A stretch of DNA of 64,000 nucleotides from a virus (lineage: Duplodnaviria > Caudoviricetes). Each line of letters opens with the position of its first letter. Within the stretch, counting starts at the first letter, position 1. Location: the IMG/VR virus record IMGVR_UViG_2706796142_000001, positions 1 to 64,000 of that record; one strand, 5' to 3'. Under the pieces are notes generated by a model that had not been told where the DNA came from, did not search any database, and saw nothing but the letters and a program-made list of their open reading frames with translations. Below are positions 42,017-51,800 of the stretch, in pieces. The translations under genes were made by a program, and so were the position numbers.

Positions 42017-42052
42017 AAACCCCTGCATACACAACTATGCAGGGGTTTTTTT
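42017..42052 (+). terminator. Terminator of the tRNA operon
   Basis: AAACCCCTGCATA-CACAAC-TATGCAGGGGTTT plus T-run. Confidence 0.88.
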
Positions 42053-42077
42053 ATATCTGAACCAAGAGGAAATACCA

Positions 42078-42575
42078 ATGAAGTTGAACCAACTGACTGA
42101 TGAAATCCGTCACATGGTACTGGGTGCTGCACAGCATGTGCTGGCTACTCAAGACGACCATGCATCGATGGATCGCTTCCTGACTAAAACCCATAAGCTG
42201 CTGGAGCATGAATTTCCTGAACCAGTAGAAGATGATGAGGCAGAGATCACCATGATTGCCCGTCTGTGTCACCAAGCGAATAAAGCCTACTGTGAATCGC
42301 TGGGGGACTTCTCTCAGCCAGACTGGGAAGATGCACCTTCTGAGATCCGTGCGTCTGCCATGTTCGGAGTTGAGTTCCATCTGGAAGCTGATCGTACTCC
42401 TGCTGAGAGCCATGAAAACTGGATGAAGCAGAAGATACTGGATGGCTGGATGTATGGCCCGGTTAAGAACTTTGAAACCAAAGAACACCCTCTGCTGGTT
42501 GATTACGACCAGTTACCACAGGAACATAAATCGAAAGATTATATCTTCCGTGGTATCGTTAACGCCTTCAAATAA
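42078..42575 (+). CDS. RyR-domain protein
   Basis: HENWM..K..DGW.YGP.K....K.HPLLVDYDQLP...K.KD; GAGG RBS. Confidence 0.85.
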   Translation: MKLNQLTDEIRHMVLGAAQHVLATQDDHASMDRFLTKTHKLLEHEFPEPVEDDEAEITMIARLCHQANKAYCESLGDFSQPDWEDAPSEIRASAMFGVEFHLEADRTPAESHENWMKQKILDGWMYGPVKNFETKEHPLLVDYDQLPQEHKSKDYIFRGIVNAFK

Positions 42576-42584
42576 GGGGCAGTT

Positions 42585-42776
42585 ATGGCAAAGGTTGTAG
42601 CAGATGAAATGACCTACGAGAATACCAGTTGGGAAAGTTGGCTGGTCACTTTAGTAGGTCTGGCAGAGGCACTGGGAGCTGATGTTACTGGTTCTGAGGA
42701 TGCGTGGTTTAGTGACTACAAATCCGGTCTTACTCCGGTAGAATCGATCCGAATGTTTTCACCAAAGTCACAATAA
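42585..42776 (+). CDS. Hypothetical protein
   Basis: Last + strand ORF before the convergent terminator. Confidence 0.6.
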   Translation: MAKVVADEMTYENTSWESWLVTLVGLAEALGADVTGSEDAWFSDYKSGLTPVESIRMFSPKSQ

Positions 42777-42806
42777 AAGAAGCCCCTCAAATGAGGGGCT
42801 TTTTAT
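42775..42806. terminator. Bidirectional terminator at the convergence of the two strands
   Basis: A-run, AAGCCCCTCA-AA-TGAGGGGCTT, T-run. Confidence 0.85.
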
Positions 42807-45800
42807 TTAGTGAGCCAAGATGTTAACCCAAGGGTTTAGCATCGGTGACTGGAGTGCTTGCCCAATACCAAGGGAATAACTCATTCGACCATCGCCCAAT
42901 ACAGTGAACATGTTATCTGTGATCGGTGAACCAATGGTGCCGAACAGTGTAGGGTGAGGAGTCATTGCACCTACCAGAGCATGTACCGGGTTGTTACGCA
43001 GCATGGACATAGCCACTTTTGCGGAACGGATCTTAAAGTTATAGAACCAGAGAAGACCCGTCTTTTCCATGTATCCACGGAAGCGACCCGGCAGTCTGTC
43101 ATAGTTCACATACTCTTCTGTGATACGAGACAGAGCATACTCAGTTGTCTTCTGCTGACGCTTAGTCAGGTGGTCAAACAGGATTGCTTTGGAGATGAAG
43201 TCACCATAGTCCATGGCTTTCTCCAGTCCTTTAAACAGAGCAGTATCCTGAGTGATCAACGCATAACGACCCATGTCACGAACTTCTTTCGGCAGCTTAT
43301 CAACCTTCTCTTCAAGGTATGAGTAGAGCTTTCCTGAAGTCAGTGCAGTCTCTTCACCTGCCAGAGAAGCATCGTTAATTGCTGAGAATTCACCCGCCTG
43401 AATCAGAGGCCAGATACTCATTCTTGAATGGCTATCCAAGATGGTCTGGATCTCAGCTTTCAGTTTACGTGTCTTCACCACATCCCCATTGGCTGCACGA
43501 AGTTCTGCTTCGGCTTCGATCTGACGTACACGAGACTTAGTGTACTTGTCGATCTCTGCCAGTTTACGTGGCAGGCCACGAGCAATATCAGCAATCGGAA
43601 CACCACGGCTAATCAACTGGTACACGTTACCCAAGGCATTCGATACCGGTACGATAATCGACTTAACGATGATCATGGTACGGGCATCATGAACCAAGTT
43701 CTGAGTAAAGCGTTCAGCATTGGTAGCGTACTGGTACGCCTTGTTGCCAAACATAGCCAGTGCCACATTCTTGGCAGTGTCTAAGGCTGATTTATTCCAG
43801 CGACTATTACCAGTCCAAGCATCACCAATTGAAGCATCGCGGTAGCCGAAAGCATCAGCCAACATATCACGGCGTACATAGAACTCTTTTCCGAACGTGT
43901 CTTCGATGTGCTCCTGTACTTCAGGGGTGAACAACGAGACTGCATCCGAGAGGACTTTATCCTTAGCCAGTTCCCTTGGATCCATGATGTTGATATACGC
44001 TGCTTTGTTGCTCGGATCATTAACCATGTCCTTTTCGTACATGCGATGCAGTGAGTCCACCAGTGCTGTGTTTACTGCACCAGCCCGGATCTCTTCGACC
44101 TGACGACCACGCCATACACCGATCATCTTCGCAAGGTTAGTTTCCTTGTTCAGACGAGCTGTCTGCTGTGGAGCCAGGGAACGCTCGTAAGCGATTACAG
44201 TACCCTTGTTGTTATAGACGGGTAGCAAATGCTCTCCAGTCTCACCACGGGCCATACGCTTCGTAATATTACGGATCTCAGTTGGATCAGTAATACGTCC
44301 GGCAACCATAGTGTGAACAGTGTTACCACTGTTAACGTCCACACCATTCACGGTCTGACGAATGTTCTGCATGATACCTTGGTTGAATACAGCACGACCG
44401 GATACCGGAGCATAGTAGTAACCGTGTTTACCACGATTACCCTCTGCACTGGATCCCTTGTAGTCACCCACACGGACATAGCTCATTTTGCTCAGACGAT
44501 CGTACTCAGCATCGCTGGCAACAATCAGGGATACTCCCTGCTGGTTCTCAGAAGGAATGTAACCCTTGTACTGGTTGAACTTAGCAGCAGAAGATTTATC
44601 AGCTTTACGCTTTTCTTCTACCTGCTGACCTTTCAGATAGGCCATGGCAAAGTCAATACCTTCGGCTTCGTTATCGACCAGAGTAGACAGGTCATAACGC
44701 TCTTTCAGGTTCAACATGTCCAGTGCATACAGACTGGTCAGTTGGTCAACCATGGCAACAAACTGCTTGTCCTTCAGCTTGAATCCCTTCGCAGGTTTCT
44801 CACCCAGCAGACGGGAGATAGCCTCAGCATTACGCAGCAGGTTCTGACCGTGTTCACCATTCATCATGTAGCCAGCCAGTTGCTGCATCTTGGCTTGGTA
44901 CAGATCGAAGTTATCTGGATCAGCATTCTTCAACTGAGTTTCAAGGTGCTTAACGGCACGTTTGAATTCAGACGGCTTGCTTATCAAAGTGTGGATCTCA
45001 TCATTGGACAGAGACTGACCCAATGAAGCCAGATCAGCTTTACCCAGTGACTTATGCAGTAATGTCCATTCTGCTTCGGTCAGGTCACGGCTGAACTTGT
45101 CTGCAATCACAGTCGGCAAGTGCTGACGGAATTGCTGACGATCTTGCTGAACCAGAGCATGAACAGCTTTAATCATGTCGTAAACACCAGCATTGGATTC
45201 GGTACGACCAACCATATCGTTGACCAAATCGAACCAAGGCTGTAGGCCACGACTACGGTTCAGAGCAGTCATCACACCATCAGCAACGTGAGCACCATTC
45301 TTCTCAGTAGCAATGGCACCGATCAGTTTGGCAGAAGAAGCCAACGCCTTAACATACTTGTTGTTGGACTTGTTCTTAACCTTCTCTGCTTTATCGATCA
45401 GACCAGAAGACAGGTCATCCATTGCCTGAACAATGTAATCGTTGGCCCGGTCAATGAAGCCACCAGCTTTAGAAGCGTACTGGTCAAAGAAGGTTTCACG
45501 GTTCTGAGCGATATCCAGAATGTGACCAGTCAGGCTATCAACAGCAGCCTGTACTGAATCACCACGCTCACCAGCCATGGTATTGGACAGTTTGTTAATC
45601 AGACGAGTACCAGTGTTTTCCAGCACAGCATCCAGAGTTTTGTCACCATTCAGATCCAGTTTAGGAAGTGGCAGTTTCGCCAGTACCTCACGCAGACCAT
45701 CGTTGACAGTAGCCAGAGCCAAGAAAGAAGGCAGCAGCGAAGAACGACCTGCTGTATCAGTCTCGGTCAGATAGTTACCCATCAGTACGTTGTATTTCTC

Positions 45801-48800
45801 CTGAGCGTAGTAACGCTCAACATCCTGATCAGCAGCATCTGGATTCATCAGATCTTCCACCTTCAGTGTTTTGGTCACATGAGCATAAAGCTCCTGAGCA
45901 CGAGACATTGAAGCTGGGTCGATTTTAGCCTGAGTCATCAAGGCACCAACCATTGCAGAGTAGGCAGTACCTTCTTGCATAGACATTGGGAACCCATGAG
46001 CATTAACAGATCCCTGTAAACGAACCACTGACATAAGAGCATTGTTCAGCTCGTTGTCACGTTTGGCACGAGTCAGTACATCTGGTGCGTCATTCAGATA
46101 CTGAGCAACAGTCTTATCGAAGCCCTCAATCACTTCCTGAAGACGAGGATTATTCCCGTACTGTGAGTTGTGCATCAGTACTGTGTCTTGGTGAGTACTC
46201 AGTGTGGTCGGCATAGACCGCACGAATACAGCCGTGTTGAATGACACGTTAGAGAACAGATCTTCACCCGGTTGTTCCGGGAAACGCTTACGTCCAAATG
46301 CCAGTTGTTTGATCCAACGAACAGCATCTTTAGCAATGCGAACCAAGAAGGAAGCTGGGGTGTTTCGGGTCACTGTTTCCAGATTCTGGTTAGCCAGAGT
46401 CCATGCCATGAACTCATTCAGAGCATAGGTTTTGGCCTTAGCAGTGTCCTGCATGATGTACTCAGAGATTGAGTTATAAGCATCGTTGTAAGCACGTTGC
46501 TGATCACGAGTCATATCTGATTTGTCCATCTGCATGAACTGGTTCATTGACTCTTCCAGTCGCTCTACTGCTTCATCGATCACACCAGACAATGGCCCCA
46601 TGTCCTGACCACTGTAGTGGGCAAACAGATTATCCATTGTTGCTGAGTGGATCATCTCATGCAGCACAACTTCCGGTGAGGCGTTAACCAGATAAATCAC
46701 ACCATCCAACGGAGAGTAGAAACCGTTTACAGATGGATCATTGAAGTACTCGGACTTCAGCTCAGAGCCGTTATCTTTGTTCCACTGGATCAACTGTTCT
46801 GGTGTACCTGTCACCACTTTAAAGTTCTGTGGGCCAACGTTACGCATCAGGAAATTGAACATTTTCTTCTGCGTGTCAGTGCCGGTACGGAACAGATTAG
46901 TCAGGGCATAACGAGTCATCAGCTTGGCACCAGAAGGTGTTTTAGCTGCAACCGTTTCAACCTGCTTGGCCTGCTCAACAGTAGCTGGCTTGAAGGTACG
47001 TTTTACCGGAGCACGTTTGTTCTCCAGACGAACTGCCAGATTCTTATTCAGGGCATCCAGTTTTTCTGCATTGGTAGTTGGTACAGCAGTCTTGTCTCCC
47101 ACAACATACGGGGAACCAACAGCAGCCATCTGATCAACAGAGATATTATGGTTGTCCAGCACAGAGTGTCGGGCATCGATAATGTCAGCAGAGTAATCCA
47201 GTGTTGCTTGTAACTCTTGTAGCATATTCATAATGCCAGCATCAGAGATAGAAGCAGCATCTTCTTCAGAGATAAACTCTGGGGAGATGGAACGAACAAA
47301 GGCTACCCGGCTTGCTTCCGGCATATTGTCTGCAACGTGTTTCATCATCTGGTCGAAGCTGTCTTTCACAACACGGATCGGGTTATTCATCCAGCTATCG
47401 AACACACCTTGGTTCACTGTGGTGCTGTCCTGAGACAAGCGATCCAGTGCCATATTCATACCATCAAATACGTACAGGTTGTTCTTCGGTGCTTTAGGAG
47501 AGGTGGCAGTGTTCTGCACCATCTGCCCATCACCCATACCAATGTTGATGAATGGGATACCGGATACACCGGAATCACTCGGAGCATCTACCGTTGCTGG
47601 CATACGCAGTTTGTCACTGAAGGTACGGCTAAAGTCTGTGTTGGCAACCTCAGAAGACTGGGAGCCTGCAACATAGAAGTTCTGGGTTCCGGTCTGAATG
47701 AACGGAGCCAGTTTAACCAGTCCTTTCTGGATCTCGTTCAGGTCGTTTTGGGACAGGAACTCTGTACCAACATTACCTTTCTCGTCCAGACGTGCCTGCA
47801 CTGCTTTCATGTAAGCATCCTGCAACACGATACTCTGTGCCTGAGTTGCCATGCGAACCAGTGTGGCTGATTGCAGTACTGAATCACCAACGACAGTACG
47901 GATCGCATTGTTCATCGGGGCGACGAACAGCGTTTCCATGTTGTCACGGATGTTCTTCAGTTCATCCCGACCCAATGTGAATTCCTGAATGGACTTCATA
48001 GGGTTAGGCTGAGTAACACGCTCATTCAGAGTCATTGGCTTATTGCCTTTCTGAACAGCAACACGTTCAGTCAGGTTAGACAATGCACGCTGGAAGAATG
48101 CCATCTTAGCCGGATCACCGGGGAACATAGCATCAGCCAGAGTCAGGCTTGGATCCTGATCCATTGCCTCAGCAGCCAGTGACATACGCTGGTAGATTGA
48201 GTCAGCAATAGCCTTAGTCATTTTGCCAGCGATACCAGCAGAGCCGGAACCATACAGGGTAATGGTCAGTGGGTTCTTAGCGATACCACGTTTCATGTCT
48301 GTGATGTTGCCAGACTTGTCCGTGTTGATATCGTCGTTGAACTCACCCATCAGCCATTGCAGAGATGAAGACTGTTTCAGCAGATCACCTGTCAGCGACT
48401 TACGCAGACTTGAGATGTTCTGAGACAATACATCGGTAGTGGCTTGATACATATCACGGCTAACCTGATCACCACGGGAACGCAGTTCATTGGCAGTCGT
48501 TGTTGCATCACCACCAATTACCACACCACCACGACCGAGGTTATCCATCTCGTTCTGGGTGAATGGGCCAGTGGTCATCAGTGCAATTGCGTTAATAACA
48601 CCGTTGGTCATGCCGTCAGCTTCAACGTACATAGGCGTTTTGAATGCTGCACGTTCTTCAGGAGTAGCCTGATCCAGACGAGCATATTCCAGCAGAGCCT
48701 GCATCTTCATGGCTGAGAGTTTACGGCCACCATTGTCAGACAGCAGGGTAGCAGTAATGTCATCAGACAAAGTGCCGGACTCATGGAAGTCACGCATAGC

Positions 48801-51800
48801 CTGAACAGAGTCAGCGAACTGGTTATTAAACAGTTCCTGTACCTGAGCCACAGAAGAATCTCTGTCCTGATTGTGGATCTTGATATCCATCATCTGAGCA
48901 GCAGCAACCATGAAAGCATCACGGTTCTCTTTCTGGTTCATATCCAGTGTTGACCACGTTGGCAGGATAGCTTCACGCATCAGTTTGCTGGACTGAGGAT
49001 TCTGTTTACCCAGCATCTGCAAACGGTTAACACGGGTCATGGCATAGGCATAACGATGTTCAACCTGATCCAGAGGAATCCCGTTCTGATTACTGTGCAG
49101 AGTCGCAGCACCAACAATGTTCTGGAGCTGGTCATAGGCAGCAGTGATCGACAGGTTACGTCCTTTCAGAGTCTCCAGATAATTCTTGTTCAGCAGTTCT
49201 TCACGGCTGGACAAGTCACCCTCACCGTACACATCAACCACGTTATCCCGGCCTAACTGAGTCAGGAAATTGACCATAGGCATGTGGAAATAAAACGGTT
49301 GATCCTGAGCATTCTTAACAGTGGCTTTCTGCTGGGCAGTCAGTTGCACTGAAGCATTGTTCAGTTGGGTTCCGGTTACAGGCAGAGTGTTACCACCGAA
49401 GTGGAATGTCTCTTCTGGGTCAACCATCACAGAACGTTCAATAGCGTCAGGTGCAGCATGTACCGGGCTGTCAGAAGCCAGCAGCTCAACAGGGAACTTA
49501 CTCTGAGCAGTTGGATTACCGGCAACGATACGGTTGATCTCTTTTACACCGGCACCAGAAGACTTCTCGCCATCATCCAGTAAACGACCCATGCCAATAT
49601 CGTAACGGCCTTTCTGGATCTGGAAGATACCCACTGAAGGATCAGTCATTGCTTCAATGATTTCACCAGCCATAGCCAGTGGGATCCCTTTGGTGTAACC
49701 CAGAGGTGCATCATTGTTTTCAGAGACTCCCCAGTACTGCTGGATCTTCTGAGCCAGTGAAGAGACAGCTTCCACTTGAGACAGGCCACTGTTCAACAGG
49801 TCAACCATATCGTCAGTTACGGCAGACTCATCGATACCAAAGAACTTCGCTGCACCTTCAACATCGGTAGCAGTGGTGTAGTTATTGGCAATCAGAGTCC
49901 ACTGCATAGCAGCGAGAATGGCATTCTGTAACAGAGCAGGATTATAACTGATCTTACCGTCAGCACTGGCTTCAGTCAGGTTAAGCAATTTACCAGCCAG
50001 ATAAGTATTGGCCTTGGTCTTACCTGAGAGGAATGCCTGTCCTGCGGTCAGGTCAGACTTACCTTTTTTGTTAGCCCAAGTGTCTAACTGGTTCTGCATC
50101 TGTGCAGCAATAGCACGAGCACCATTCAGGAAGGTTCCATACGCCTGAGTAGTAGCACGAGGCATATCGTAGCCAGCCACGGCATTGCCCTTGATCATAT
50201 TACTGACCAAAGCAAATCCGTTGGATACCTTAGAGATACGAGACTTCTCGGTCTTAGGCAGTTTGAATGCTTCGTGGAACTTGTTCCCGGCTACAGGCTG
50301 AACCAAAGAAGGATACACCTCAGCAACAGTGGTAGGCTCAGTAACAGCTTCTTTCACTGGTTCAGGTTTAGTTACTTCTTCTTTAGGAGCAGTCTTAGTC
50401 GTTTCTGTGTTTTCTGCTTTATCCTGTTCAGTAACAACAGCTTCTTCACGGTTAGTCATTTCGTCAGACATACGTGAGAAATTGTCATTAGTTACAGCGT
50501 CATAGCCATCAGTACGCAGACGGTCATGAGCATCATTCATTTGCTCATTCAGTTCTGCATCAGACATAGCAGAAATCTGATCATCAGATAATGGGGTAGG
50601 CGAGGTGTTCACCACTTCACTATCATTAGATTGATTAACTGATTTATCTACCTTACGGGTTCCATCACGGAATGCTTTAGCAATCTCGCTAGGCGTACCC
50701 TGAACCAGTAAAGGATTCAGAGGAGTGTTCTCCAAATGCCTTACACCAAGCTCTGGGAAAGCCGTACCCAAACTGTTCGCCATGTTGGTAACAAACTGGG
50801 CTTCAAGCCCTACTTGTTTCGCAAGCGCAACCGAACGAGCATTCTGGGGATTGACGAAGAGTCCCTTGCTGCTGGTAGCCCAAGTCCGGTCGGGCATGAG
50901 GGCATCATAGTTGACCGTACTATTCGTATTCGGATCCGCCGTGACGAGATGGGTGTTCAACGCACCAACCTTGTTCTGCATGTGCTGGGCGAACTGCTGG
51001 AGATCAACAAGCAGATTCCGGGCCAGTTCGAGATTACCCGCCATGTACGCAGACCGAATACCCTTCGCATGTTGCAACGCAGATTTTGTGCCTTCTGCAC
51101 TTCGTGTCTCGTCCGTTTTAATCTGGGCTGACACTACGTCTTGCGGCTGCATCCCCTGAGCTGCTGCTTCTGCATCATATGCTTTAGCAGAATTCAGGAG
51201 AGCTGCTGCGGTTTGTAAGGCAGCACGCTGGGTATCGTTGAGTTGGATCTGACCTGTCTGAGCGTGCTTGAGGATCTGATCCACTGCATCCACATTTGCT
51301 TTCTCCGGTGCGTATTCCGCAATCGCAATGTGGTTCTGTGCATTCTGCTGACCCTCTGGAGTAGCAATGTTCTCATCAGTTACAGGCTGAACCAGTCCAG
51401 AAGATTCAGCAGTGTTCACCAGATTATCCATGACCTTACCTGCCCGGCGTACAGACGGGGTATTAGTCACGTTGGCAATCACATCACCCACACCATTGGC
51501 AAACTGTACTGCTGGATGATCAGCAGGCAGATCGTCAAGTGCTTCTGGTGAAGTCTGAATAAACGCAGCCAGTTGACCCAAGTAAGCATTCAGCACCTGC
51601 ATAACATTCATGCGATCCTGCTGGCTGTTCTTTGGATCAGTCATGAAGGTAGCCATCTGCTGCAAGGCTTGCACACGGTTAGTGGCACCCTGAACAGCAC
51701 GACCAGCAGCTTCTGGCATCTGTGGAGCTTCTTCCTCAGCATTGAAGTTGAAGGTATCAGCCAGAGCGTTGATGTAATCGTTTGTGGCAGCTTTCTGATC

